From assembly GCA_012295275.1 (NCBI GenBank), contig CM022671.1, positions 8,494,001 to 8,558,000 on the forward strand: 64,000 nucleotides of DNA, given 5' to 3'. The number at the start of each line of letters is the position of its first letter. Position 1 is the stretch's first letter. A model generated the notes under the pieces. The model worked only from the letters and a program-made list of their open reading frames with translations, searched no databases and was not told the DNA's origin. The position numbers were made by a program, and so were the translations under genes. This DNA is from Chrysomallon squamiferum. Lineage: Eukaryota > Animalia > Mollusca. This document shows, one piece after another, positions 38,039 to 52,589 of the stretch.

Positions 38039-40600
38039 TTACAGTGTCCTTATGGGAGGCAATCCATTTCCTGTTTCTGAAATTAGTGCAGAAGGTAATC
38101 CAGCTCCTCCTCCGATTGGTGGTAATGGAGGTAATCTATTTCCTGTTCCGGTTGGCGGAGGCAATCCATTGGATGAAGGTGTAGGAAGTCCACTTCTTGT
38201 ATTTTGGTTATTGTCATCCACTCCAACACTCTGAAAATCACACATTGTATAATCACAATTATGATAATGATGATGATAAAAGTGATATTTATGTATGTAT
38301 GTATGTATGTATGCGTGAGAGTATGCATATACGTATATATTTGTTTATGTATGTTGTATGTATCTGTGTATTATGTATATATATATGGATGCCTATTTAA
38401 AGGGATTTCGAATTTAGGTTAAATTTTGGAACTTTCTTTCGAAAGTTGGCCTTAGCCTATGGAATGATTGCATTTCAGTTTTACTTTAAAGAAGAGACAA
38501 CTTTGCGTTCTAAGAAACACTTCGCCAGTCATTAATTGTATTCACTCACTAATGGAACTACTATTATTGCAACGTGTAAATTCCACTTGTTGTAAATACA
38601 CTTACTGTCTTTTACTACAAATAATTCTTACTTACGTTTTGTTTTCGATTCTTATACCGTATGTAAAACACAGTAACAAGAATAACCACCAGCACTATCA
38701 GAATTATAATGCATACGATGATTCCTGCCAAGATTCCAGGATCTACATTGCAAGAAGAAAAGTATTTATATTATGTAGATTTAAAAATGTTTTAAAGCGC
38801 GTAGTTAAATAACATACCACAATCATATAAACTAAAAAGCAACAACTTAATAATAATAATAAAATTAAAAAACGATAATTCTACGTAGAGTCAGATAGGA
38901 AAACTCTGAGAGTTATAAATTATACAAGAAAAGTTCACGTAAAATTAAATATATATCAGTGATTAGCATATTAATATAAACACATATATGTATGCACATT
39001 GATAGAACACATCTTTATAAAAACAAACTTCTTGATCTAGAAGTAATAATATTAATTAATTCTGAAATTTTCAGAAAGGCATCATCATTTTGTGAACGAT
39101 CAGGTCCAGTCTACAAAGTACTCGAGAACAGCTGTAAAATAATTTTAAAAATCAACAAACAAAAACAAATAAATAAATTAAAAAAAACACACAAATAAAA
39201 CATCAAGTCAATTAGACAGTTTTAACCATACCTGTAGTAGATGTCGCGGTTTGGATTATGATGCATGGCGCTTGGGTCGTCTGGTTAGTGACACCACAAG
39301 TCAGGGTTAGGACAACACCAGGGGTTGTGGCTACGTTATCCAAGAGAATATGGAAAAGAGCAAAGACTATAAACTTGTATGTTTGTAGTAATACAAACAC
39401 TCACATATATAAACTTATATGTTTACTAACACATGTAGTCTGCAGTAATACCAACACTTACTACTGCTACTACTGCTACTACTACTACTACTACTACTAC
39501 TATTACTACTACTAATAATAATAGTGGTAGTAGTTGTAGTAGAGGTATTAATAGCAGTAGTAATAATAATAATGCTGACGATGACGATGATAACGATTAT
39601 CATAATAAGAATGATGACATTTATGCTAAATAGTAAATACGTATGAATATGTGTATTAGACTATGTTTTTTCATGTGTGTATGTAGGTGTATGTAGTGGG
39701 TATATGTGCACGTATATATCTGTGTGTTAGTGTGTATGTGAGTGTGTGTGTTACATTCAGTATATCAGTTCAAATAATTCATAGGCTAAGGAAGTAATTT
39801 TTTACCATTTATCTGTATCCATATTTTTCCACCATTTATTTCTCCATTATTAAGTTTCAGTGTAACGGAATTTGTAGAACTCTGATATATTTGTGTAATA
39901 TTATATCCAGTATTGTCACTGCAGGTGATATTTCTCGTGTTGCTGCCGTCGCTGATTTCAAGTCCTTGCAGACACTGCAATGACAAGTCTATGGAGGTGA
40001 TAACGATGTTGGTGTCGCATGACGTAGACACTGTGCACTCTTGTAAAGAGTTGACATTTATTAGACCGGGATATTCTGTATTCAGTAAATAAACTTCTGT
40101 TCCAGTTAGCGATGTGTTGTTGTCTGAGAAACTTGCAGTCACGTTTTCTGTAAAAATAAATCTGTCTTGTATATTTTATTTCCAAATTATAAAAAGGAAT
40201 ATAATATAATATAATATAAAATAACGCGCACAAGTATTAATAAATTATTATTTTTGTCTTCTGATAATTCCTTTTTCTTTATATATATATATATATATTT
40301 CTAAATAAGCATACTGAAATAGAAAATAAGATAACACCAGAACCCCCACTAAAAATATAAGAACCCAAAACCCAGCAATTAATATATATAATATTTACAT
40401 TAATTTTCTGAAATTATGCACTTTGCTTAAAAATATTGAAAATGTTAAGAACTTAATTCACTATACTCAGAGTACATAATTTCCAGTGAACGTTTCACTA
40501 CGTAAGAAAAGTAAAAGAAGGCCAAGAAGATGTTTAAAAGGAATTAAAATTAAAACATGGAAAAGCAATAAATAATAATAATAAAAATAAAAACAACAGC

Positions 40601-40647
<47 letters not shown>

Positions 40648-40766
40648 TAATAATAAAATGAGAAAAAAGTAAAAATGCATCTTTGAATAAAACATAGCGT
40701 AACAAAATGTTAAGAATTTAGTTCAGTATACCCAGGGATAAGAGAAATATCATTTCCAGTGATATT

Positions 40767-40822
<56 letters not shown>

Positions 40823-41691
40823 GGAAAACCATAATAATACTAAAAGTAGAAGAAAAATATAAAAATGCATTCTTGAATAAAATATAGCGTAACACCAACA
40901 ATTATGAAAACGCTGAAATTTGAATTATTTAAAAAACCCAGATAAAAGTCAATATATGTGAAATGTTAATACAGTTTTAATAAAACAGAAGTTATCGCAC
41001 AACCCTGTTAATTTTACAGTAAAAACAACAACATACCACTAATACAAAAGTATTGAAGCATCATGTACGTGGTGAAATTCCTTTCGTATTCTTCTTTTGA
41101 GCAGCTGGAAAATTCCTGTCGTGCTGCAGGCACAACCTCTGTTGGTTTTCCAGTGAAAACTTCGTAATAAGACAAGACGGATGACCTAGTGTAAATGACT
41201 TTACAATCAGATTCACTGAACTGGCAACAGTAATCAAGACTGCTGTTATTTACTGTCATCAACTCAGGACATCCTGTGCTCGATGGCTTGGTTAGAGCGT
41301 ATTCTGTACCAATGACCATTCGTTCTTTATCACCACACTTGGGATTAAGTATGATATCTCCGGCCGAACCATGACAGGCAGTTTCGGAGTATAATGTTCC
41401 AGGCAAAAGTGCTGTATAAAGATGAATATAAAATATATTTTCCTATATATCATTATGCAAGTTTTCAAGTATGCTTGATGTATGTGTCTATGTATCTGTT
41501 TGTGTCTGTCTCTCTATGTGTTTCTATATAGACAGAGAGGAAGACTGGCAGATAAATGAATAAAAATACAATTACATTTTAATCCATATCGGAATAAATT
41601 GCTTTGTTAAAAAGATATCTTGGAACTTACCTGTTTCTGAACATCGCAGTATGGCAGCTGCGATAATTACAAACAACAGCCAAGATTCCAT
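38039..41691 (-). CDS. Paralog C of the same family, ~391 aa, short stalk and short tail
   Basis: Exons 41691-41631, 41411-41037, 40147-39806, 39330-39232, 38742-38636 (DPGILAGIIVCIIILIVLVVILVTVFYIRYKNRKQN), 38230-38039. GT-AG borders, 1176 nt open frame. Confidence 0.82.
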
Positions 41692-43724
41692 TAGTGTTTG
41701 GTTTAACGGTAAGAAACTAAAAAAACACACGCAAAAACAGGTAGCAATGTTGTTGTTTTTTTGTTGTTTTTGTTGTTGTTGTTGTTGTTTTAATACCGAG
41801 ACAAATACTATTAAAATAATGACATTTAACTGATTCTTCAGTTTTAATATTACCACAGATGTGTGAAACTGTCGGAATACTAATGAGACTAAACCCAGAC
41901 GTCTGTATATTCATAAATTCTAGACCAATGGTTTAATCTCCTTTCTTGGCTAGATTTTAAACTTCCTTCATCATTTTGTGTGACTTTACCGTTTGGCCAC
42001 CTTTTGTTCCAGGCAGCGCTCTTGAATCAGAGGTATGCTGAGCCTTTCTGTCTGTGGAAACATTCTGGCAAAATACCTCTTTTTGTTAATCAAGATAAAA
42101 CAATGGAAAATATCTCTAATAAACAGTGTAGTGTTAATCAGATAATAATGAAATATTAAACCAAAAAAAAAGAGATCCACGTTTTGCTAAATCATAATTT
42201 TGAAAAGGTAATCACTTCGTTAATCTGTGAAATGATATTATTGTCCTTCAGCTTTGCAGGTCTTCGACACGCTCGTGTACATTTCATATGGTTGTTGAAT
42301 TACTTTAAAATAATTGCTTACTTATTGCTGAACAATAACCCTATAAAGAGTAATAATGCATTTTATTATACATTTAAAAAACCTGCAATATCTCATTAAT
42401 ATACTCTATGTACATATGGTTGTATTTATGTATGTGTGTATATGTCTGTCATTCGGCTTGTACGTATGCGATAATGTATAAACATCAGTGTATGTAAGAA
42501 TAGGTAAGAATAGTTGTGTGTGTGTGTGGACAAAAAGAAAGGCGTCTGTAGTAATTGTCTGATTTTACAGCAGTATGAAATTTTATCGTTTAGATCCTAA
42601 GGACATATGAAATAAAACAATTTGTTTGGAATGTAGAGATGACTATCTACATCTGTTGTTAGAACTGTGTCTGTAGTCCAAATCATTTGATTATTTCTGT
42701 TGTGTTTTAAAGTCGGAGGGGTCTTCTTGAATATATGAAAAACATTTTGTCTGAGATTTCACTCAAAATGTTGTTAATTAGAGTGTCGAAAATTATATAA
42801 AGAAATACACTTGATTACTTAGTTCTATTCGAGTCACTATTTCCGTCACAAATATATTTAGCTAATCTATATACAGTCATGGGATTTTTCAAATGAAAAC
42901 TATTTCCAGTACTACACCAGCAATGGATTAATGTTGTACATATCAATTTTACTCTTAGTATATTAGATTATGTTATATTATAAAATAAAATAAATAACTA
43001 GTTTTAGAAAGGCCAAGCTATGTGATTTCCTGTTAAAATAAAATAATAATAAATAATAATAATAATTATAATAATAAATAATAATAAATAATAATAATAA
43101 TAATAAAATAATAATAATAATAAAATAAAAAAATAAATAAAAGAAAAAACAAACACACACATACACACACACACACACAAACGCATATGTATACGTAAAT
43201 GATAGTTTTCCAGTGATAAATATATAAATACATTTTAAAATAAAAATGTAAGTAAATAAATATATTAAATTAATTTTTAAATAATAATAAATTAAGTTAT
43301 ATACTCTGACGATTAAAAACGCAGTTACTAAAAACATGTTTTAATTATTATCAAAAATATTTGTTTCAGTGGGAAGTGTTTATCATATATATTTTTGTAT
43401 TGTATTTCGAACCGATCTTAGGGTATATTGTTTACAAAATACAAAATGTCGTCCTGCTCTGTTGATTGTTTGTTTGAAAGATTCTAGCTCGTAAATCTGA
43501 TGTCATCTGTATTGGTGATAGTCAGTAAACCTGGATGTTACAATGTAAACACGATTCATATTAACGTGAGAAGGAAGAACGTCATCAAATATCTTATTCA
43601 CTTGATTAGGTGCCAGTTTTTCTGTTTGTAATTTGCTCGTAAAGGATTTATGTAGTGCATACTGAATGCTGTAAAATTGAAAAACAAAAAAACAAACAAA
43701 TCAAATACATAGTTTTAATCATAA

Positions 43725-46294
43725 CTGCGGTGGCTGTAGTATATGTCGCGTTGGTTTTAGTTGTAGTTGATGTCACGATGTCATGCATGGCGCTTGGGTC
43801 GTCTGGTTAGTGACACCACACGTCAGGGTTAGGACAACACCAGGGGTTGTGGCTACGTTATCCAACAGAATATGGAGAAGAGAAAAGACTTGTATGTTTG
43901 CTAGCACACGTAGTATGCAGTAATACAGACACTCACTTATATAAACCTACATGTTTAGTAATACGAACACTCATTATATAAAATTATATGTTTACTAACA
44001 AACGTATTATGAAATAATACCAACACTTAATATATAAACTTATATGTTTGCTAACACGTATTATGCAGTAATATGAACACTCAGATATATCAATTTAAAT
44101 CAAAGAAGAAGCTAGGACACAGAAGAATATTAAATAATAACAATAATAGTAGTGGTAGCAGTTGTAGTAGAGGTATTAGTAGTAGTAGTAGTAATAATAA
44201 TGCTGGCGACGACGATGATAACGATTATCATAATATGAATGATTACATTTATGCTAAATAGTAAATAGGTATAAATATGTGTATTAAACTATGTTTTTTT
44301 TCTTGTGTATCTAGGTTGTGTAGTGTGTATGTGTGCACATATATATCTGTGTGTGTGTGTGTGTATGTGTGTGTGGTGTGTGTGGGCACTATATTCAGTA
44401 TATTTATTCAATTAATTCATAGGCTAACAAATTAATTTATTACCATTTATTTGTATTCATATTTTTCCACCATTTATTTGTCCATTATTAAGTTTCAGTT
44501 TAATAAAATTTGTAGAACTCTGATATATTTGTGTAATATTATATCCAGTGTTGTTACTGCAGGTGATATTTCTCGTGGCGCTGCCGTCGTTGATTTCAAG
44601 TACTTGCAGATACTGGAATGACAAGTCTATAGCGCTAATGACGATGTTGGTGTCGCATGACGTAGACACTGTGCACTCTTGTAAAGAGTTGCTGACATTT
44701 ATGAGATCGGGGTATTCTGTATTCAGTAAATAAACTTCTGTTCCAGTTAGCGATGTGTTGTTGTCTGAGAAACTTGCAGTTACGATTTCTGTAAAACAAA
44801 TCTGTCTTGTATATTTTATTTCCAAATATAGAAATGAAATACTAATATAATATAATATAGGCCTAACGAGCACAAATGTTTATAAATTCTGTTTTCTTTA
44901 TATATATATTTCTAAATAAGCATCCTGAAATAATAAATAAGATAATAAATAATAATTATACAGAAAAGACACACAAAAAGTATGTACCTCGAGATACGAC
45001 TTACGAGTTTTCCGCGCTATGAGCAGCCGCTCGGTTGAATTTGTTATTTGAGTTGCGAGCCGAAATCCGAGTTACGAGCGAGCAACAGATACGCCGCTGC
45101 TAGTTGGCGCAGCGAATAATACAACATCCGCACAGAATCCCGCGTTTCACTCGTTTGCTTCACGTGGTTGCCTCGCCACTGAAGAATTTCTGTTGTGTTG
45201 TGCTCGTGTTTTGTGCAGTAATTTGCCAAATTTCCATGGAGCCTAAGAAAGCGAGTGCAAAGGACAGTGTTGAGAAGAACAAGCCGATGATGTCAATTGA
45301 ATTAAAGCATGAAATCATAGAAAAACATGAGCGAGGTGTGCGTGTAGTCAACGTGGCTAAGCAGTACGAGCGTAGTACTTCTACGATATTGTACCTGAAG
45401 CAGAAAGAGTCGATAAAGGCTATAACTCCAGCCAAAGGCGTTAAAATAATGTCCATGAAAATATGGAGAAGCCATAACCCTGTACACTTTACAAAACCAG
45501 TTTATTTCTTTACATTCTCTTTTTTGTTGTTTTTATACAATATTTGTCATTTATAAATACATTTTTTCTCATTTAAAAACACATTAAAACAATGGAACGG
45601 ATTAATGCAGTTACGAACTCGGTCACGGAACGAATAAAACTTGTAAGTCAAGGTACCACTGTAGATAAATATATATATATAAATTTATTTTAATAAAATT
45701 ATTAATAAATAAATATAACATATTATATAATAATAATAATAATATAAAAGTTAATAGCAATGTAGCTGTGGCGGTATGAATTATACATATATCACTGTAC
45801 AAACGCAAATAATATATGCTAGTAACTAATGTTGTTAATGAAATATCTTCCTGTGTGAATTTACAAACTGGTAAAATAATATTTACATTAATTTCCTTAT
45901 ATTATACACTTGGCTTAAAAGTATTGAAAATGTTAAGAATTTAGTTCACTGTACTCAGAGGTAAGAAGTACATAATTTTCAGTGAACCTTTCACTACGTA
46001 AGAAAAGTAAAAGAAGACCAAGAAGATGTTTAAAAGGAGTTAAAATTAAAAGATGTAAGTGTAAGAAATAATAATAATAAAAACCACTACTACTACTACT
46101 ACTAGAATAATAATAATAATAATAGTAATAGTAATAATAATAATAATAATAATAGTCATAACAATAATAAATAAATAAGTAAAAATAATAATAATAGTAG
46201 TGATAGTAGTAATAAAAATAAAAATAATAATGATAATAAAAATGATGATAATAATAATAATCATAATAATCATAATAATAATAATAATAATAAT

Positions 46295-46333
<39 letters not shown>

Positions 46334-46975
46334 AAAAGGAGAAGAAAAATGTAAAAATGCATCCTTGAATAAAACATAGCGTAACACCAACAATATTATA
46401 ATAGATAACAGATAAAAGATAATTCTAAGAAATAAGTCAACGTTAAAGATAAAACATGGACAGTTACGAAAACGTTGAAAACTGAATTATTTAAAAACTA
46501 AGATAAAAGTAAATATGTATGGATTATTAATACAATTTTAACAAAACAGAAGTTATCGCACATCCATGTTAATTTTACAGTAAAAACAACAACATACCAC
46601 TAATACAAGAGTATTCTAGCATCGTGTACGTGGTGAAGTTCCTTCCGTATTCATCACTTGAACAGCTGCTGAAAATTCTCTGTTGTGAAGCAACCATTCA
46701 TGATGTTTGTTTTCCAGTGAATTCTTTGTAATAAGTCAACATAGCTGAACCGGTGTAAATGAGTTTACAATCAGATTCGTTGAACTGGCAACAGTTTGTA
46801 AGGCTGCTCGTGTTTCCTGTCATCGAGTCAGGACATCCTTTGTCCGATGGTTTTGTTAAAGTGTATTCTGTATCAATCACAATTCGTTCCTCTGGACCAC
46901 ACTTGGGTTGAAGCAGGGTATCTCCCTCCGAACCATAACATCCACTGTCGCTGTATAATGTTCCAGGCAACAGTT
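43725..46975 (-). pseudogene. Paralog D pseudogene (exons 2-4 only)
   Basis: Exon 2 (46975-46598) has an in-frame TGA at 46698-46700. Exon 3 (44788-44444) has a Trp->TGA at 44457-44459. Exon 4 (43852-43725) has an early stop and its donor GT changed to TT. No exon 1, TM or tail exon is found, and a Tigger-like insertion lies in intron 2. Confidence 0.8.
44984..45661 (+). mobile_element. Internally deleted Tigger/pogo-family DNA transposon
   Basis: Right end ...CTTGTAAGTCAAGGTACCACTG followed by TA. Degenerate left end GTACCTCGAGATACGACTTACGAG. Internal ORF MEPKKASAKDSVEKNKPMMSIELKHEIIEKHERGVRVVNVAKQYERSTSTI matches the CENP-B-type N-terminal HTH of Tigger transposases. No DDE domain. Absent from intron 2 of paralogs A-C. 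Confidence 0.85.
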
Positions 46976-48455
46976 CTGTAAATAATGATATTGCACTTTC
47001 AGTTATAACAATCTGTGTTATGTGACGTATTAATTTGTAATTTAATATCTATATGATGTGGAAATATTCGCCATGCTCAGTATCATTATGCAAGTTTTCA
47101 AGTATGTTTGACGTATGTCTGAATGTACGTTTGTGTCTGTGTCTATGTATGTGTATAGACAGAAAGACTGACAGATAAATGAATGAAAATACATTTTTAA
47201 ATAAATAGGTAAATAAATAAATATATTAAATTAAATTAAGGAAAACGTTTTAATTTAAGTTATATACTCTGACGATTAAAAACACAGTTACTAAAAGCAT
47301 GTTTTAATTATTATCAAAAATACTTGTTTCAGTGGGACGTGTTTATCATTTATATTTTTGTATTGTATTTCGAACCGATCTTAGGGTCTACTGTGTACAA
47401 AATGTCGTCCTGCTCTGTTGATTTTTTGTTTGAAAGATCCTAGCATAAAAAGTGTCATCTGTATTGGTGATAGACAATAAACCAAGATGTCAGATTTAAA
47501 CAGTTATTTTTGATAATAATTAAAACATGTCTTTTAGTAACTCTGTTATTAATCATCAGAGTATATAACATAAATTAAAGCTGTTTTTTTTTTTTTTTGT
47601 TTGTTTTTAAATGTATTTAATATATTTATTTATTTACGTATTTATTAAAAAAGTATTTATTTATTTACCATTTGGTAAAGTATTATGTGTGTGTGTATGT
47701 GTATGTGTGTGATTGTATATTTCCATAATATATGCACTATTAATGTTTCTAGACTTTCTAATATACATATATTATTATATTATACTTGACAAATTTCAAT
47801 ATATATGTCTAATGGAAACATCCGTATAATAAATTTATAAGCATCTACGTATGTGTATAATTTGCATATAAGCTTGAGATTTTAATAATAAATAATAAAA
47901 AAATCTATATATGAAAGAAATTTTGTAACCCTTGTAATCGCTACTCAGCTACATATATTTGCTCTTGCTTTGTCCGCATGTGCATTTTCGGACCGAGGGA
48001 GGGGAGCTTACGTTCGTATCCCCCTTACAACAACTCAAGCTAAGGAGACGCAAGTGGGACGAAAACGAAGTTAAAACACAATGAATTTAACCACCAGAAA
48101 TTTCCAGCTGATTTCTCTGTACTTGGTCTTCCATCACTGTCACGTGCTCTTTCGAATATTTTTTTTTTTGTTTTCTTTTGGGTTTTTTTTTTTTTTTACT
48201 CTAGTAAAAATAGGTAAGTTTATTTCGCAGCAAACTGTATCATGATACTTTACAAACAAATAAATGTCAGATTGTTCCGATGTAAAAACCAAGTCAAAAA
48301 GAAAGAAAGAAAGAAAGAAAGGCATATCAAGACATCGTAAACCAATTCATACGTCAGATATTGTTGTCATACCTTACGTTCGTTAAACGCAGTGACTGGA
48401 ACAAAGGATCCAGTCTAGCTGTACACAAATACTGCAACATGACTAAACACCTTAG

Positions 48456-48487
<32 letters not shown>

Positions 48488-48526
48488 AAATCCCCCAGCC
48501 AAATAAATAAAAAAATAATAATAAAA

Positions 48527-48561
<35 letters not shown>

Positions 48562-48912
48562 CCCAACAAAATACCAAAAAAAAAAATATATATATATAAA
48601 TAAATAAAATAATAAGAAGCATAATAAGAAGAATGTCAGTTATGTAGAGCCAAATTTCACAAAACGTTTTCGGACTTCCTCGTCTCACATTACATTCACC
48701 TGCTTGGTGAATCATCGCTCTTATTGTACAAAGTAATTCATAATTATACACATACATATATGAGAACAGAGATGCTTCTTGCGATATCAGGGCTCACTTG
48801 TTTGCTTTGCGTTTTAAACAGAAAAAAAACTGGAAGGATATCAGTCTGTGGTAACGATATTTCAGCAACAAGTGACTCGTGAAGTTTGCTACCTGTAACG
48901 AACAATTACGGT

Positions 48913-51900
48913 ATGATTCTTTCGGTAAGTTTATTTGTTTATATTTGTTGCTGTTACTTTAATATACTTATTACTGTTTATAACAACATGAAATAATTTG
49001 ATATTTTTAATTAATACACCTCAAAGTAACTGTCTTTGAGTTTTATCTCCGTATTTCCATTTTTCTGTACTTTAACTGAAGGTCACAACAGATGACATTG
49101 GCGTGCACGTTTACAGCAAGGTGATACAACAGAATGAATCACCGATGGATCGCGATTGATAGACTCGATAATAATACATCGATGAGAAATTAAAATGGCT
49201 ATAGTTATCATGGTAGTTTCCATAGCGATATTTAAACAAATTTAAAGCAATAAAATAAGTAACAACAAAACGGAAAACAGTGGATAACAATAATAGTAAT
49301 AGTAATAAAATATCGATTTCCGATTAAAGCTTCGAGAGGGAGGTATCCCACATGAAACGAATTAGGAGAATAAATGGAACATTCTTGATCATTCAAATAA
49401 TTATTTCATGAAGGAAATTTTCTAATAACAATTTTATATAATATATTTATTCAGGTTTTAACACTCCTGGGATTATCTCTGATTTCTGAAGCATTAGCTA
49501 CAGCTGAGAATACAACAGTCAATTGTTCCATTACGAACTCAACAAAATACGGAGGTTTATTTGCTGACTGTCATGGAAGAAACCTACATCGTGTTCCCAG
49601 GCTGAACAAGAACATAGTAGCCTTGGATCTCAGTGGTAATATATTAATCTTAAACCCTGAAGATTTCAATTACTCTTCACTTGTGTATCTGAACCTTTCT
49701 CGAAACAGACTGAAATGTCTTCCGGAGAATGTATTCGTGTCTTGTCAAAATCTCAACATTCTTGATCTGAGTGTTAACAGTTTGGTATATGATTACAAAT
49801 CTTTCCCAAAATCTGTATTCAGCTCTTTGACCAACCTACAAACCCTGAACATAGCTTTTAACAGCGAAACTGGGGAGTACCCGGATGAGATATTCCAATC
49901 CTTGCAGAATCTACAAGAACTGACGATAGACAGTTTTCCAAATGTGTTTTTTCCTTCTGGATTCGAATCGCTGGTTGGGCTGAGACGGTTAAATTTATCG
50001 GGAAAATCTGCTAACTGTAACATTAATGTCGTATCTAATGAGTCATTGTCAGCGTTTACCCCTACAAACTTAACAAGTTTAGATTTGTCATTTTGTAGTG
50101 ATATTTCAGAAATACAAGCAAATGCGTTTGCCCCTTTAAAACATCTAAAAAAACTTAATTTAGAAGGCACCAATCGTCTCGGTATGCATGCTGCTCTCTT
50201 TTCACTTTACGGTTTGCAAGGATTCAACATGTCTACTTTAAATTTCAGAAATGTGAAGTTGTTAGGAATTAAAGTTACAAAAGTGATATATGATCAACAA
50301 CTTTTTGCAGAAAATCTTAACTATTTAGAAAACATCTGCGTCTCAGAGTTAGATATTTCGGAAAATCAACTTCTCTATATTGATGTAGCAAGTTTATTTC
50401 AAAAGAATAACTTTAGTAAATGTATTAAAATACTTGATGTACACAAAAACGCGCTTTTTGGCGATTATAAGTACAGTGACTTTCAAATTCTGATCATGTT
50501 AGAGAATCTTCACAACCTGGAATATTTTGATTTATCTGGGTTTATCTGCTTTCATCCAAATAGAAATAAAAATATGTTGTTTCAAAGAAATGTATCTTTC
50601 TATACAAACACCATGCTCTTTCAAAATAGTAAAGTTTTTTGGCTCCCGAAAAGATTACATATTGGAATTTTTGATGGTATTTCATCAGGATTTTATCTTC
50701 TCGAAACAACAATAGTTTCAGATAAAAATGTTGTAAAGACAGTATCATTGCAACAGTTTGAATACATGACATTAGAAGCCAGTGTCATAGGTCTAAATAA
50801 TTTAACAACTTTAAAACTGGGATACAATAATCACATGACACTTAACGCTTCATTTTTAGACACATTTCCAAGTTTGGGAAACCTGTACTTGAATGACGTA
50901 TCGCTACCTGATGATTATTTCTATACTTATGGCAGACGACTCTTTCAAACTGTTATAAATCTAGTTTTTCTAGATATTTCTAGTAACAAAATCAGCCGTC
51001 TTCCAAGAGATATATTTAAAGACAATCCTAATCTTCGGATTCTGATTTTATCTCACAACAATTTCATTACTATTCCTTTCGACATTAACAATTGTCCAAA
51101 TTTGCTCTCGCTAAAAATGGAACGCAATAAAGTCATTTATCTCAAAGAATCAACGACCAGTTCGCTGGACAAACATTATCTTAAGGTAAACAAAACGTTT
51201 AAATTCGATTTGTCAGATAACAGACTTATCTGCATTTGTGGGGAAAGCGTGTTGTTCTTTTCTTGGTTACAAGATAATAATTATGCAGTTAACAGAAAAT
51301 CATATTTGTGCACCAGTGAAAACGGATCGCTTGTTTCTGTGATGGACTACAACGCAGAACATTTATGGCAAAGTTGTATTGGGCAGACCTGGTTTATGAT
51401 TGCTCTTCCAATGATTTTATTTACGGCATTAGGTCCCGTGTTGTTTTTCCTCGTGATTAAACATAAAACACAATTAAAATATTTCTTTAAAAATCTTCTT
51501 CGAAAATGTGCAATGTGTCCAACGAGAAAAGATTTCATGTTTGATGTATGTCTCTGCTACGCTGAACACGACTGGCGACAAGCTTGTCTCGATATAGGAG
51601 CAAAGTTAGAAAGAGACTACGGCTACTCTGTGTACTTACACGACAAAGACGCTGTACCGGGAGAAAGTATCGCTGAAGGTATAATGTTTGCAATAAACAA
51701 CAGCTGGAAAACTGTTTTTCTTTTTAAACAAAATTACTTGGACGACATCTGGTCGTGGTATCAAATTCAAGTTGGAATCGGCGTGGTGACGTGGCGAACT
51801 CCTTCCCGACTCATCATTCTAAGAGAGAGCGAACAAGTCTGTGAGATTCCAAACTGTATTCTGTGTGCTGTGGACGAAGACAGAATTATTCCAATTCCGG

Positions 51901-51950
51901 ATCAAAATAATGAGGAATCATGGGAATCTTTCGTTCGTCTTATAACTTGA
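48913..51950 (+). CDS. Toll-like receptor (single cysteine cluster type; LRR ectodomain, LRRCT, TM, TIR), ~835 aa
   Basis: join(48913-48924 ATGATTCTTTCG|gtaagt, 49455-51950 after tttattcag) gives signal peptide MILSVLTLLGLSLISEALA and LRRNT (C...ADCHGRNLHRVP). It continues with many LxxLxLxxN repeats, LRRCT NRLICICG...W...YLC...C, TM WFMIALPMILFTALGPVLFFLVI, and TIR box1 FDVCLCY, box2 LHDKDAVPG, box3-like SWESF. Confidence 0.93.
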
Positions 51951-52271
51951 TAATTGCTTACTTTTTTATTAGCCGAGTATGTTCTGGCGGAGAAATAGCT
52001 GAGACGGAAGTTTGAATAGAGATCGCTGGGACAACCAATGATATCCATCATGTATCCGTGTTAGCTGTTCTCCGGCAGAGGACACTCAGGCTACTTGTAT
52101 ATAAACGGAAGAAAACTGAGAATGTTACAGAAGTAAAGTAAAAAAAAAATGCTGACCATCCGAGAACAGCTACTCAGGAACAAGGAATATAGCTCAAGCA
52201 GCATTCAAAATTTGGCGACATAAAAGTCGTGAAAGGAACGAATAAACATTTATTATTAGTAGTAGTAGTAA

Positions 52272-52324
<53 letters not shown>

Positions 52325-52589
52325 TTTATACTTTGTATTTAATATCACATTTGTCCTTAAGAAATTGGAGTAGTTAATATTAATAATCAGTTTGTAATTA
52401 TAATATAATAATCTATTTGTTTAAAATGACTTCTGCTTTGATTTGTGTACTGTATTTTTCTTTTGCAGTGCTCCACTTTATACATGATTTCAACCACTAC
52501 CTTGTTTGTTTACATATTTGTTATGTGCTGGTTTTATTTTTCAGTAACATGCTAATGAATGGACTGTCAACCTCTCCTTGCTTCTCTCT

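Noticed and set aside
49793-51538. Antisense and alternative-frame ORFs inside the TLR
   Set aside because: Short shadow ORFs of a long coding exon, with no independent signal.
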